NCBI GenBank assembly: GCA_965601925.1
Contig: OZ271854.1
Location: forward strand, 320,001 to 384,000
DNA: 64,000 nucleotides
From: Alkalispirochaeta sp.
GTDB lineage: Bacteria > Spirochaetota > Spirochaetia > DSM-27196 > Alkalispirochaetaceae
Direction of reading: 5' to 3'
This document shows, piece after piece, positions 19,620 through 30,325 of this stretch. The translations under genes were made by a program, and so were the position numbers. The notes under the pieces were generated by a model that saw only the letters and a list, made by a program, of their open reading frames with translations, was not told where the DNA came from and made no database searches. Positions within the stretch are counted from its first letter, which is position 1. Each line of letters opens with the position of its first letter.

Positions 19620-20669
19620 GTGGAGATGCCGAAGTACCGACACATCATGGAGGAGATCAAGACACGCGTGGAGGACGGACTCTATCCGGCCGGCACGGCC
19701 CTTCCCTCGGAGCGCACCTTGGCAAAGGAGTTCTCCACCAACCACGAGACGGCAAACAAGGCGATTTCAAACCTGGTGGCCGAAGGCCTCCTCTTCCGAA
19801 AGCGCGGCATCGGTACATTCGTCACCGAAGAGGTCACCGAGGACCCCGCAAGCAGCCTTACCATCGATATCCTGCTCTACGGAAAGGCGTCGGATCTCTT
19901 TCACGCCGCCAGCTTTCACGAGGAAATCGTATTCGCACTCCAACAATCGATCGTGGAGCGCGGTTACGGGTGTCGCATCACGCCGGTGGCGGATGTGGAG
20001 GACTTCGAGTCGTACGTTCGCCAAGCCCAGGCGTTTATTGCGAGCAAGTATCTCCCCTACGCCCACATCCGGGCGATCCGGGACGCGGGGGTACCGCTGG
20101 TGACGCTCAACATCGATGTGGCGCTACCGGGGGTGAGCGCGGTACTGACGGAAAACCAGGCGATCGACCTATTGTGTCGCCACCTGACCGACCGCGGACA
20201 CACACGGATAGCCTTCCTGCGGCGTCCGGGGCACGTGGCGACGCACGACCTCCGCGAGTATCGGTTTAAAAACTTCATGCATATGATGGAGCTTCGGGAA
20301 AATCTCGACCGCGTATGCTACCTCGACCCCGACGAAGATACGCAGTCCGGCCGACTGGTGACGGAGCTGAAGAGTTGCACGGCGGTGGTTGCCGCCGACG
20401 ACTTTATCGCCATAAAGCTGCGCCATCTCCTGCGAAAATACCGAATGGCCGTGCCCGAAGACCTCTCGATTACCGGTTTCGGCAATCTCAGTCTGGCAAA
20501 AACGCTCTTTCCCGAGCTCACCACCGCCGATGTTGACCGAGAAACGCTCTGTACCGCCCTGGTTGACGAGGCATTTCGCCTTATGGACGGCACTTCGACC
20601 GGTACGACGATCTCGTTTTCGAGCTTTCCCGTCATTCGCCGGTCGACCACCGACACCGCCGACCGCTAA
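19620..20669 (+). CDS. GntR-HTH / LacI-type transcriptional regulator (AraR-like)
   Basis: PKYRHI...LPSERTLA...RGIGTFV HTH; GHTRIAF and VPEDLSITGF. Confidence 0.88.
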   Translation: MEMPKYRHIMEEIKTRVEDGLYPAGTALPSERTLAKEFSTNHETANKAISNLVAEGLLFRKRGIGTFVTEEVTEDPASSLTIDILLYGKASDLFHAASFHEEIVFALQQSIVERGYGCRITPVADVEDFESYVRQAQAFIASKYLPYAHIRAIRDAGVPLVTLNIDVALPGVSAVLTENQAIDLLCRHLTDRGHTRIAFLRRPGHVATHDLREYRFKNFMHMMELRENLDRVCYLDPDEDTQSGRLVTELKSCTAVVAADDFIAIKLRHLLRKYRMAVPEDLSITGFGNLSLAKTLFPELTTADVDRETLCTALVDEAFRLMDGTSTGTTISFSSFPVIRRSTTDTADR

Positions 20670-21427
20670 GCGCGGTACACACCACCGTTGATATCCAGGG
20701 TTGCACCGGTTATAAATCCGTCGTACTCCGCGGCAAGAAAGGCTGCGGCGCGCGCGACATCCTCGGGAGTTCCCGCCCGTCCAAGGGGAATACCTCGTAC
20801 GGTCTTCTCCGCCGACGCCTTGGTCGTATGAGTATCGTGGAACCGCGTACCGAGAATAAGCCCTGGTGCAAGCGCGTTAACCCGTATGCCGTCTCCGCCG
20901 ACCTCGGCGGACAAAGCGCGTGTAAAGGTGAGGATGGCACCCTTTGAGGTCGCATAGACCAACGATCCTCCGTGTCCGCCCTTGCGCCCTGCAAGGGACG
21001 ATAGATTGACCACCGACGCTCCCCCGTCACTGCCGGCGATACGGAGCAGCGGCAGAAGGGCACGCGTGGTCATCATCGTCGAACGGAGATTCACGTCCAT
21101 TACGCGGTCGTAGAATCGGTCGTCGACCTCGTCCAGCGGGTGTCGCGCCACCAGATCACCGGCGTTGTTTATCAGAACATCGACCCGCCTCCAACGGTCG
21201 CGCAAGACGCCGGCCAACTCCGTCGATCCGTCTCCGCCCGATAAATCGCCGCGCCACAGCATGACGCGTTGGTCGTCGATCTCGGCGATGCGCCGCGCCG
21301 CCGCCTCCGATGAGTGGTAGTGGACACACACCTCGGCTCCGGCCGCCAGTAACGCTGTGCTGATCGCCGCACCGATGCCCGACGCACCGCCGGTCACGAC
21401 CGCACGCTTTCCCGTAAGAGAACCCAT
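20666..21427 (-). CDS. SDR oxidoreductase, DEH (4-deoxy-L-erythro-5-hexoseulose uronate) reductase-like
   Basis: TGGASGIG, NNAGDLVAR, YATSK and T.FH motifs; AGGAGG RBS before ATG 21427; lies in a lyase locus. Confidence 0.8.
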   Translation of the reverse strand: MGSLTGKRAVVTGGASGIGAAISTALLAAGAEVCVHYHSSEAAARRIAEIDDQRVMLWRGDLSGGDGSTELAGVLRDRWRRVDVLINNAGDLVARHPLDEVDDRFYDRVMDVNLRSTMMTTRALLPLLRIAGSDGGASVVNLSSLAGRKGGHGGSLVYATSKGAILTFTRALSAEVGGDGIRVNALAPGLILGTRFHDTHTTKASAEKTVRGIPLGRAGTPEDVARAAAFLAAEYDGFITGATLDINGGVYRA

Positions 21428-21439
21428 CGCAAAACCTCC

Positions 21440-21481
21440 TTGACATACCCATACACCCGAAATTAAAATCCAGTGTATTGG
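21440..21481 (+). promoter_or_regulatory. sigma70 promoter overlapped by a second copy of the candidate operator
   Basis: TTGACA (21440), 18-bp spacer, TAAAAT (21464); ACCCATACACC at 21447 and AGTGTATTGG at 21472. Confidence 0.6.
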
Positions 21482-21507
21482 TCTCACTATCAACAAATGG
21501 ACGGTCT

Positions 21508-22518
21508 ATGTCAAGGAAACGCTGCCTATTCCTGTTACCGCGCACCCGGTGGGCGCACCAGATCTTTCCCGATTCGACGATGACGGCGCTGGACGAACTC
21601 GTCGACGTGACACGTAACCCGTCGTCGGAACATCTCACCCCCGATGAGTTGGTGGAGTACGCCGCCGGTGTGGACTTCATCGTTACCGGCTGGGGCACAC
21701 CGAAGATCGACGGACGCGTGCTGGATGTCGCCCCCAACGTGGCCGGCGTATTTCACTCCGCCGGTACGGTACAACCGATCGTCGCACCCGAGGTATTCGA
21801 TCGCGGCGTCACCGTTACCAGCGCCAATCACATCATGTCTCAAGTGACCGCAGAGGCCGGAGTCGCGATGGCGATGATCGGCAACTGGGAGACCAAACAC
21901 TGGCTCGGCGTTATGGAGCGGGGCGGTTGGAAGAAGCGCGACACGATGGTTCCGGGCCTCCATGGGCGCACCCTCGGCATCGTAGGATACGGCGCGATTA
22001 CCAGGGCTATGCTTCCAATGCTGCGCCCCTTTACACCGGAGCGTATTCTCATGCACAGCCGCCACCTCGACGAGAAAGAGGCGGCGACACAGGGACTGGT
22101 TGCGTCACCGTTGGACGACCTTCTGGAACAGGCGGATATCATCTTTCTGCAGACATCGCTCTCGGAACGAACGTATCACATGATAGACGAACGGCGGTTA
22201 GGACTGATTCGCGCCGACGCGCTGTTTATAAACCTGGGACGAGGAGAGCTCGTGGATGAACAGGCGTTGGTTCGCGAACTGTCGCGACGTCGATTCCGCG
22301 CCGTTCTGGACGTCTACACCGAGGAACCGTTGGCCGCCGACAGTCCTCTTCGCACCATGCCCAACGTGATGTGCCTCCCCCATCTGGGCGCCGCGACGCG
22401 CTACTGCCGCGAGAAGATGGGGCTGTCGGTGGTGGAGAGCGTGCGCTCCGTCCTGGCGGGTACGCGCCCGGATGGGCTCATCGATCGGACCGCCGCCGGT
22501 CTCATGAGCCGGCGATGA
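21508..22518 (+). CDS. D-isomer-specific 2-hydroxyacid dehydrogenase
   Basis: GIVGYGAI, INLGRG, LDVY.EEP and PHLG motifs. Confidence 0.88.
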   Translation: MSRKRCLFLLPRTRWAHQIFPDSTMTALDELVDVTRNPSSEHLTPDELVEYAAGVDFIVTGWGTPKIDGRVLDVAPNVAGVFHSAGTVQPIVAPEVFDRGVTVTSANHIMSQVTAEAGVAMAMIGNWETKHWLGVMERGGWKKRDTMVPGLHGRTLGIVGYGAITRAMLPMLRPFTPERILMHSRHLDEKEAATQGLVASPLDDLLEQADIIFLQTSLSERTYHMIDERRLGLIRADALFINLGRGELVDEQALVRELSRRRFRAVLDVYTEEPLAADSPLRTMPNVMCLPHLGAATRYCREKMGLSVVESVRSVLAGTRPDGLIDRTAAGLMSRR

Positions 22519-23588
22519 AGCGTCCGTTCCTCATGATGTCGCCCAACAGGGTGTGGCGCACATATCCCGGCGGGATGATTCTGGACCGGTGGGAGGGGAA
22601 AGAGGTACCGACGGACACTCACTTTCCCGAGGACTGGATCGCCTCGACGACCGCGGCAAAAAACATCGGCCGAGAGAATGTACGCGATGAGGGGCTCGCA
22701 CGGACGTCGGAGGGTGCCGACGGTCGACTCTTGGCGGACGTACTCGCCGAGGCCCCGGAGTACTACTTCGGCCCGCGCCACGCCCGGCGGCACGGCGCCG
22801 ACCCGCGCTTTCTTCTGAAGTACCTCGACTCAGCCATTCGTCTCCATATTCAAGTGCATCCCACAGTCGCGTTCGCCCGGGCCCACTTAGGTGCGAACTA
22901 CGGCAAAACCGAGGGCTATTACATCCTGGGCTCGCGCGAGACGGCCGGAGACGCGGTCATCTACATCGGGTTCCGGGACGATATCGATCCTACCAGACTC
23001 AAACAGTGGGTCGCCGATCAGGATATCGATGCGTTGCTGAGTCGGATGCACGCGCTCCCGGTTGAGGCCGGCGATTGCTTCATCGTGCCCGGCGGGCTCC
23101 CCCACGCCATCGGCGCCGGCGTCTACATGCTGGAGGTCATGGAGCCGAGCGACTTCGCCGTCCGTTTCGAGTTTGAGCGCGGGGGGTACGTGCTTCCGGA
23201 GACCGCCCGATTCATGGGCAGGGGGGTGGACTTCGGCGTCTCCATGACCGACCTCGCGGGACACTCTCGCGCTGAAATCCTCGATCTATGCCGAGTAGAG
23301 CCGCGGCGAGTCGGAGAGGCGAGCGGTATACGTGAAGACGTGTTCTTCGACGCCTCGGTGACCGACCGGTTTACCCTGCGTCGCTATGCCGGTATCGGCG
23401 CCGTCGAGATCCCCGGTGGCGAATATGCGGTCGCTGTGGCGGCCGACGGGCGATGCTCCTTGAACTCGAAGGACGACTCGATACACCTCGAAACACACGA
23501 TCGCTGCGTCATCGCCGCCGGGTGCGGACCGTTCGGGTTGACCGCGGAGGAGCCGTCGGAACTGCTCCTCTTCGGACCACCGCGATAG
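22515..23588 (+). CDS. Class I mannose-6-phosphate isomerase-like cupin protein
   Basis: PEDW, LLKYLD, LHIQVHP, KTEG, PHAIG and EPSD motifs; ATGA coupling with the upstream gene. Confidence 0.8.
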   Translation: MKRPFLMMSPNRVWRTYPGGMILDRWEGKEVPTDTHFPEDWIASTTAAKNIGRENVRDEGLARTSEGADGRLLADVLAEAPEYYFGPRHARRHGADPRFLLKYLDSAIRLHIQVHPTVAFARAHLGANYGKTEGYYILGSRETAGDAVIYIGFRDDIDPTRLKQWVADQDIDALLSRMHALPVEAGDCFIVPGGLPHAIGAGVYMLEVMEPSDFAVRFEFERGGYVLPETARFMGRGVDFGVSMTDLAGHSRAEILDLCRVEPRRVGEASGIREDVFFDASVTDRFTLRRYAGIGAVEIPGGEYAVAVAADGRCSLNSKDDSIHLETHDRCVIAAGCGPFGLTAEEPSELLLFGPPR

Positions 23589-23637
23589 GGTTATCTTCGA
23601 CACCGACCCTATAACTGCGGCGTCGGACGATCGCGAT

Positions 23638-24186
23638 TCATTCCCGCGGCGGGCGACCGGCGGGCGATCCCGAAGTGAGCGTGAAGTTGATACCGGTGGA
23701 AACGCGCGAAGCGACGTTGATCCAGTCGTCCCCGCCGATCAAAAGATCCTGCTGCACCTCCACGAACCAGCTCATGATCGGATGTACTCGCAGCCGCATC
23801 GCGCCTTTGACGTACGGCCCCATGTAAAACTCAAACTCGTCGTCGGTGTCGGGGTTGATGTTGAACACCGGCGTAAGACCGGTGCCGAAGAGAAACGTCG
23901 TACGCTCAACGGGGAAGGCGAAATTGAGCCCGATATTGACCGGGATGAGAAAGCTCGGAACCGTATCGCCGTCGGCATCCTCATCGGTAGTAATACCGAA
24001 CTCTCCTCCGATATTCAGCTCGAGATCGGGTCTGAGCTCGTGCTGATAGTTGGCGGCAATCGCCGTGAGATATGTCGTGTCGTAGCGAAAAAAGTTAGCG
24101 CCGAGACCTGCCGAAACAGAGTTCTCGGCGGCGGCGGGAGCCAAACACATCGTAACAACGACACATACGATCAAAATCCTGCGCAT
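23638..24186 (-). CDS. Hypothetical exported beta-barrel-like protein
   Basis: Signal peptide MRRILIVCVVVTMCLAPAAA followed by amphipathic beta-strand pattern. Confidence 0.6.
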   Translation of the reverse strand: MRRILIVCVVVTMCLAPAAAENSVSAGLGANFFRYDTTYLTAIAANYQHELRPDLELNIGGEFGITTDEDADGDTVPSFLIPVNIGLNFAFPVERTTFLFGTGLTPVFNINPDTDDEFEFYMGPYVKGAMRLRVHPIMSWFVEVQQDLLIGGDDWINVASRVSTGINFTLTSGSPAGRPPRE

Positions 24187-24206
24187 GAAAGAAGTCCTCC
24201 AAGTGA

Positions 24207-25184
24207 TCATCGAAAGTCAGCGAAGACGCCGTAGACGACGCGACCGCAGCCGGGACACGCTCCTGCGTCGGTCTCATCACGGACCGGAGAGCGGTGATCG
24301 ATACACAACGTACCGCAGGATGGGCACAGCGTCTTCCCGTACTTCGATTGTCGGCTGTTACCGGCAAAAATAAACGGCGGGTCACCGTCGTTACGCAAAC
24401 GCTCGATGACCGCATCCAGCCACCCCTCGCTCGTCGCCGCCTCGTCCAGCATGCGCCACGCGGGAAAAAAGCGCGTTACGTGCCACACCCGCACACCCGC
24501 ATCGACGAGGGTGTCGCGCAACCGCAACACGCTATCGACGGTGTGGCGAGACTCGATAAGCATGGTCGTTACCTCGAGGTGGCGCGTCCCGGAGATGCGC
24601 TGGATCGTCTCGATGACCGGGTTGAGGCGGGCACGACACAAGGTGCGGTAAAAGTGATCGTCGCCCTTCAGATCGATATTGAAGGCGTCTACCAGGGGAA
24701 CCATGCGTTCGAGCGCCTCACCGGTCATGAATCCGTTCGAGACGACCACGACGCGCCCCCCCATCTCTCGAACCGCGGCGGACGCGTCCAACAGATAGTC
24801 CTGCCAGACCGTGGGCTCGCTGTACGTCCAGGCGATCGACGGCGTCTCGGACCGGCGCCACGCCTCGGCGGCTTCCTCCGGAGCCCACCGGTACCGCGCT
24901 TCGGGAATCAGCTCGGGCATGGCGATGGAGGCATTTTGGCAAAAGCTGCATCGAAAATTGCACCCTCCGAGCGCTACCGAAAATATCTCGGAGCCGGGAA
25001 GAAAGTGGTAGAGCGGTTTTTTCTCTATAGGATCGATCGCCGCAGCGAGAATTTTCCCGTATACGGTAGTGACGAGTGTGCCGTCGCGGTTTTCTCGCAC
25101 GCCGCACACACCGTGCGCTCCCGGCGCGATAGTGCACCGATGAGCACAGAAGTCACACCGTATCGCCCGGGGGCCGTTACTCAC
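24207..25184 (-). CDS. AmmeMemoRadiSam system radical SAM enzyme
   Basis: C..C...C N-terminus, DPIEKKPLYHF and GCNFRCSFCQN; GTG start at 25184 overlaps the upstream stop. Confidence 0.9.
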   Translation of the reverse strand: MSNGPRAIRCDFCAHRCTIAPGAHGVCGVRENRDGTLVTTVYGKILAAAIDPIEKKPLYHFLPGSEIFSVALGGCNFRCSFCQNASIAMPELIPEARYRWAPEEAAEAWRRSETPSIAWTYSEPTVWQDYLLDASAAVREMGGRVVVVSNGFMTGEALERMVPLVDAFNIDLKGDDHFYRTLCRARLNPVIETIQRISGTRHLEVTTMLIESRHTVDSVLRLRDTLVDAGVRVWHVTRFFPAWRMLDEAATSEGWLDAVIERLRNDGDPPFIFAGNSRQSKYGKTLCPSCGTLCIDHRSPVRDETDAGACPGCGRVVYGVFADFR

Positions 25185-25785
25185 AGTGTAGCTCAGTGTA
25201 GTGCTCGGTTCGAAAGACCGCAAAGCGGGCGGCCGGGTCCCGCCACGCGTCGAGCGCGGCACCGGCCTTGCGACAAAGCGCGACGAGCGTCATTTCGAGA
25301 CTCCACCCCTGCTCGATCGGCACCTCCGGGAGAAAGACTGCGTGGTACCGACCGAGGGTAAAAATGATTCCGTGATGCCCCAGCTCGACGGTGTCGACGG
25401 AGCTGATCGGGCACGGGGAGGAGAGAAATGAGTGTTCGATCCGGCACCGGGGGAGCTCGACACGTTCCAGGGGCGCAAACCGCGAATCGTGAAACGCCGC
25501 ATCCAAGGTCAGTCGCCCGAGTGAGAGGCTCAGCGGCTTGTCGGTGTGAATCGCACCGATACACCCTCGAAGCTCACCGTGCGTGCGCAACGTGACGAAG
25601 AGTCCGGGACTCTCGTCAAGTAGCGGTTCGTCTTTCGGAAGCGTCGGTCCACCGGGAGTGTCGAGAATGCATGAAACCGTTCGGTTTGCCGCTTCCGCCG
25701 ACTCGAGCGCCCATTCGATGAGTAACCGCGAGTAGTGTAACAACATGCAATGAATGCCGCGGTAGCGGCCGTCGCCGTCGTTCAC
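25177..25785 (-). CDS. AmmeMemoRadiSam system protein A (AMMECR1 domain)
   Basis: GLFVTL...LRGCIG, AF.D.RF, FLPEV and LCRKAG motifs. Confidence 0.9.
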   Translation of the reverse strand: MNDGDGRYRGIHCMLLHYSRLLIEWALESAEAANRTVSCILDTPGGPTLPKDEPLLDESPGLFVTLRTHGELRGCIGAIHTDKPLSLSLGRLTLDAAFHDSRFAPLERVELPRCRIEHSFLSSPCPISSVDTVELGHHGIIFTLGRYHAVFLPEVPIEQGWSLEMTLVALCRKAGAALDAWRDPAARFAVFRTEHYTELHCE

Positions 25786-26810
25786 GTGCGTATGCTCCGG
25801 TTCAGTATCGCGGTCGGATAACAGACAAACTCCATGTCGTCCCCATCCGAGAAGCCGTCGTCCGCCGACGAATAGTAGTCGAGGAAGTGAAAACCGTCGA
25901 TCTCGAGCTTATGACCGGCAATCAAACGCTCGACGATCGCCGCGCCGAGACCGAGGGCGTAGCGCCCGCAGACCGTGCTTTTCTTCGACAGGAAAAGGTC
26001 CCAGTAGCGATCGAGGTCGAGCGAAAGTGCCGGCGTGATCAGCTGCATGTCGCCGTCACGAACGGTGGCGTTCAGCTCACTCCACGGTCGATCCCCGAAG
26101 GGCTGCCACGAAAATCGTCGCCCGTAGTGCGTTCCATCGGAACTCACCAGCCACAACAGGCGCCCCGGATCGACGACGCCTCGTCCCGCGTCATCGATTC
26201 GCGAAAGCACCCGTTGCGCCATGGAACGGGCCGAAGCGGCGCTGCCTATCCGTCCCACGACGAGCGCGGCGACCGGAATCTCGCCGAGTGTGCAGCGGAT
26301 TCCGGGAAGAAGAAGCTCCACGGCGTGCTCTCCCTCCACGATCCGCGGTTCCTCGGTGTCGCCGAGGCCGCTCTGCCGCCGCGAGAGCGCAACGTCGTCG
26401 TCCGCCCGCGATCGCTCGTGGTCAGGCGCCGTTAGACCGGGAAGGAGTCCTACGGGAGTCTCGTGGGCGTCGAAGGTCCCTCCTACCGCTACATCCGAAG
26501 GAAGGTACACGTAGTGGCTGGGTGCGATAATGACCACGCCGTCGAGGCGATCACGATACCCATCTTCCACGATACTCCACAACGCACGCTGCCCTCGTGC
26601 GGAATAGCTAAGTCCGGCGTGGGGTAAAACGGCGAGGGCCGGACGCACCGGTCGCTCGTCTCCGCCGGACTCCGCAAATACATCGGCGACCGCGCGCGCA
26701 TCGTCGGGATACCAGGAGCCGGCAAAGCGCATGCGATTGATCCGTCGCGGAACGGAACGTTGGTGTCGGGAGGAAGTTTTCGGACGTATCGGCGGTACTC
26801 GCTCGTCCAT
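25782..26810 (-). CDS. AmmeMemoRadiSam system protein B (Memo/MEMO1 family)
   Basis: AGSWYP, PHAG..YS, PSH, EHAVE, SSD.THYG and TVCG motifs; AAGGAGG RBS before ATG 26810. Confidence 0.88.
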   Translation of the reverse strand: MDERVPPIRPKTSSRHQRSVPRRINRMRFAGSWYPDDARAVADVFAESGGDERPVRPALAVLPHAGLSYSARGQRALWSIVEDGYRDRLDGVVIIAPSHYVYLPSDVAVGGTFDAHETPVGLLPGLTAPDHERSRADDDVALSRRQSGLGDTEEPRIVEGEHAVELLLPGIRCTLGEIPVAALVVGRIGSAASARSMAQRVLSRIDDAGRGVVDPGRLLWLVSSDGTHYGRRFSWQPFGDRPWSELNATVRDGDMQLITPALSLDLDRYWDLFLSKKSTVCGRYALGLGAAIVERLIAGHKLEIDGFHFLDYYSSADDGFSDGDDMEFVCYPTAILNRSIRT

Positions 26811-26888
26811 GCAAGGGCCTCCTTGGAGGCATACTCTCATTGTAGGCGCGATTGACGGCGTTGTGAAGCATTGGGTACCATGCCGCGC

Positions 26889-29360
26889 ATGAAGAAATAT
26901 CCATTCCGCGAGATCGAGCAGAAATGGCAGCGCTACTGGGCGGAGCACAAGACCTTCCGCGCGGTAGAAGACCCTGCCGTTCCGCCCGAAAAGCGGCGCT
27001 ACGTCCTGGACATGTTCCCGTATCCTTCGGCCTCGGGCCTGCATGTCGGTCATCCCGAGGGCTACACCGCAACGGACATCTATTGCCGCTATCTACGTAT
27101 GAATGGATATAACGTGCTCCACCCGATCGGCTTCGACAGCTTCGGGCTCCCCGCGGAGAACTACGCGATTCAAACCGGCACGCATCCCCGGACGACGACC
27201 GAGGCCAACATAGAACGCTTTCGCGAGCAAATTAAGAGCCTCGGTTTTTCCTACGACTGGGACCGCGACGTAAGCACCCACAGCTCGGAGTACTACCGTT
27301 GGACCCAATGGATCTTCATCAAGCTCTGGGAACGCGGGTTGGCGTACGTCGCCGAGATTCCGATGTGGTACTGCGAGGCGTTGGGTACGGTACTCGCCAA
27401 TGAGGAGGTCCTCGCGACGAGTGACGGTCCGCGGTCGGAGCGGGGTAACCATCCGGTCGTCCGCCGCCCGTTGCGGCAGTGGATGCTCCGGATTACCGAA
27501 TACGCCGAGCGCCTCCTTGACGGTTTGGACGATCTCGACTGGCCCGACTCGACACGCACTATGCAGCGCAATTGGATCGGCCGCTCCGAGGGCGCCAACG
27601 TGATCTTTCCCCTCGCCGACCCCGCGTCGGCCCGCGCAAACGGGGTGGCGGCCGACGAGTGCCACATCGAGGTCTACACGACGCGCCCCGACACTCTGTT
27701 CGGGGCGACCTATATGGTCATGGCCCCGGAGCACGGCCTCGTTCCGGCGTTGACGACACCGGAGGCGGCCGACGGCGTCGCAGCGTACGTTGAAGCCACG
27801 AAACTCAAGAGTGATCTGGAGCGCACGGAGCTCGCCAAGGACAAAACCGGCGTCTTTACCGGCGCTTACGCCGTGAATCCTCTCAACGACAAAAAGATTC
27901 CGATCTGGATATCGGATTACATCCTTGCGAGCTACGGCACCGGGGCGATCATGGCGGTTCCGGGCCACGACACGCGGGACTGGGAGTTTGCACGCGCCTT
28001 CGACTTGCCCATTGTGAAGGTCGTCGCCCGGCCGGACGAGGATGATCCGTTTGCACCCCTTACCGAGGCGACTCCGGAGTACGGTGTGGCGGTGAACAGC
28101 GGTCCTTTCGACGGCAAATCGACCGAGGAGGTGAAAGAGGGGATTATCGCCTGGCTGGAGGAGCACGGGCACGGCCGGCGAACGGTAAACTATAAGCTGC
28201 GGGACTGGATATTCAGTCGCCAGCGATACTGGGGCGAGCCGATTCCGCTGGTCGAGTGCGACGGTGAGTACGTACCGGTGCCGTACGATCAATTACCGGT
28301 AACCCTCCCCGATGTAGAGAGCTACAAGCCGACCGGCACCGGCGAAAGTCCGCTCGCGGCGGTTACCGAGTGGGTCGAGTGCGCATGTCCGGACGACAGC
28401 GGTCGCATGGGACGCCGCGAGACCAACACGATGCCGCAGTGGGCCGGGAGTTGCTGGTACTACTTGCGCTACCTCGATCCCGGCAACGAGCACGAACTGG
28501 CTTCAAAAGAGAAGATCGAGTACTGGATGCCGGTGGACCTCTATATCGGCGGCGCCGAGCACGCGGTGCTCCACCTACTCTATGCTCGCTTCTGGCACAA
28601 GGTGCTCTACGACATCGGAGTAGTCAACACCGACGAGCCGTTTGTGCGACTGGTGCACCAAGGTATGATCCTCGGAGAAAACGGCGTTAAGATGTCCAAG
28701 AGCTTGGGCAATGTGATCAACCCCGACGAGATCGTGGAACGCTACGGCGCCGACAGCATGCGCATGTACGAGATGTTCATGGGTCCGCTCCAGCAGGAGA
28801 AACCGTGGTCGACGCAAGGGTTGGCGGGAGTCCACCGCTTTCTCGACCGCGTGTGGCGCCTCGCCGAGCGACCCGTCGTAGACGCGGAAGTCGACGCTGA
28901 GCTCCTGCGCAACCTTCATAAGACGATCAAAAAGGTCGGCGGCGATACCGACAGACTCGCCTTCAACACGGCGATCAGCCAAATGATGATTCTCGTCAAC
29001 GAGCTCTACAAGAGAGATACCGTGCCGAGAGCGGTGTGGGACCCCTTTATCCGGATCCTGTCGCCCTACGCCCCGCACATCGCCGAGGAGCTGTGGGAGA
29101 TGATGGGTAACGCCGCGCCGGTCTCCCTCGCCGACTGGCCGGAGTATGAGGAAGACCTCACGCAGGACGAGCAGGAAGAGATCGTCCTTCAAGTGAACGG
29201 TAAGATTCGCTCGCGCCTCACCGTCGACGCCGGAGCCGCCAAGGAGCACCTACAAGATCTCGCCCTCTCCGACGACAGGATAGGCGAGCTCACGCGAGAC
29301 AAACAGATCGTGAAGGTCGTCGTCGTGCCGGGTAGACTCGTCAATGTGGTGGTGAAATAG
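26889..29360 (+). CDS. leuS: Leucine--tRNA ligase
   Basis: MFPYPS..GLHVGH, KMSKS and [10 protein letters not shown] motifs. Confidence 0.97.
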   Translation: MKKYPFREIEQKWQRYWAEHKTFRAVEDPAVPPEKRRYVLDMFPYPSASGLHVGHPEGYTATDIYCRYLRMNGYNVLHPIGFDSFGLPAENYAIQTGTHPRTTTEANIERFREQIKSLGFSYDWDRDVSTHSSEYYRWTQWIFIKLWERGLAYVAEIPMWYCEALGTVLANEEVLATSDGPRSERGNHPVVRRPLRQWMLRITEYAERLLDGLDDLDWPDSTRTMQRNWIGRSEGANVIFPLADPASARANGVAADECHIEVYTTRPDTLFGATYMVMAPEHGLVPALTTPEAADGVAAYVEATKLKSDLERTELAKDKTGVFTGAYAVNPLNDKKIPIWISDYILASYGTGAIMAVPGHDTRDWEFARAFDLPIVKVVARPDEDDPFAPLTEATPEYGVAVNSGPFDGKSTEEVKEGIIAWLEEHGHGRRTVNYKLRDWIFSRQRYWGEPIPLVECDGEYVPVPYDQLPVTLPDVESYKPTGTGESPLAAVTEWVECACPDDSGRMGRRETNTMPQWAGSCWYYLRYLDPGNEHELASKEKIEYWMPVDLYIGGAEHAVLHLLYARFWHKVLYDIGVVNTDEPFVRLVHQGMILGENGVKMSKSLGNVINPDEIVERYGADSMRMYEMFMGPLQQEKPWSTQGLAGVHRFLDRVWRLAERPVVDAEVDAELLRNLHKTIKKVGGDTDRLAFNTAISQMMILVNELYKRDTVPRAVWDPFIRILSPYAPHIAEELWEMMGNAAPVSLADWPEYEEDLTQDEQEEIVLQVNGKIRSRLTVDAGAAKEHLQDLALSDDRIGELTRDKQIVKVVVVPGRLVNVVVK

Positions 29361-30228
29361 GCGGCCTCCGCACCATATACCAGTGGGCGTGACCGTTTGA
29401 GGCGCGCCCGACGGTGACGATCTCCCAGAAGCGGACGGGAGTCGCCACGGCCTCCGACTCGGAGGGCTCGGCAATCGCGCGCCAATATCGTCTCACCTCG
29501 CCGCTACCCACCGCTATCGTCCAGTAAACGGAGCCCTCGGCGGCGACACCTTCGGCCAGCCCCTCAAGGGCGTCGTCGGAGTACCACGCCGCGGCCCTAT
29601 CGGATGGGAGGCGTATGACGACCTCCGGCCGCTCGCGGCGGGACACATCGTAACGCGTCATCGCTCCTGTCAGGAGCGCCTTGAGGAGGCGGTCGCCGTC
29701 CAGGCTCGACGGGTCGTCGACACACACACGACGTACCTCGTCTTCCAGACGCTTCATATGAACCAAGGCGGGATCCAAACCCCGCTCGGCCGCGTCGAGC
29801 AGGGTCTCTACGAGAGCGCCCAACTCGAGGGAGAGGTCGAGTCCGCGCGACGGATGTGCGGTCCACGCTCCGACGGGCTTCATATGTACGATTCCATCTT
29901 CGTTTGCGCCGTCCAGATACGGTTCCGCTCGCGCGGCGACTATCACAACATCCGCTCCGGAAAAGGCCGTTTCTAACGACAGTCGCCGTGACGATTCCGC
30001 CGCTCCGGGCCCAAGGATGAGACGACGCACCGAACGGCCGTCCCACCACCGCACGTTCCATCCGACTGCGAGCTCGCCGTAGTCCTCGCTTAGTGGAGGA
30101 ATGCGAACGTCGATATCGGCAGTACCGACGAACGGCGGCCTACACGAGGAGACTGCTCCCACGAACAATACCGCGACGACTCCCACCGCCGCATCGACGA
30201 TGGCTCGCCGCTCTTCCCGACTTCTCAT
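29341..30228 (-). CDS. Hypothetical lipoprotein
   Basis: Hydrophobic N-terminus ending AVSSC; converges on leuS with a 20-bp overlap. Confidence 0.55.
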   Translation of the reverse strand: MRSREERRAIVDAAVGVVAVLFVGAVSSCRPPFVGTADIDVRIPPLSEDYGELAVGWNVRWWDGRSVRRLILGPGAAESSRRLSLETAFSGADVVIVAARAEPYLDGANEDGIVHMKPVGAWTAHPSRGLDLSLELGALVETLLDAAERGLDPALVHMKRLEDEVRRVCVDDPSSLDGDRLLKALLTGAMTRYDVSRRERPEVVIRLPSDRAAAWYSDDALEGLAEGVAAEGSVYWTIAVGSGEVRRYWRAIAEPSESEAVATPVRFWEIVTVGRASNGHAHWYMVRRPPISPPH

Positions 30229-30325
30229 GCTTCATATGACGGTGGTGAATCGTCATTGCGCCTTCTCAACCACGCAAACCGGTCATTCGCTTGCGGGAGA
30301 GAGCGCCATTTCGTATCATGACGAC

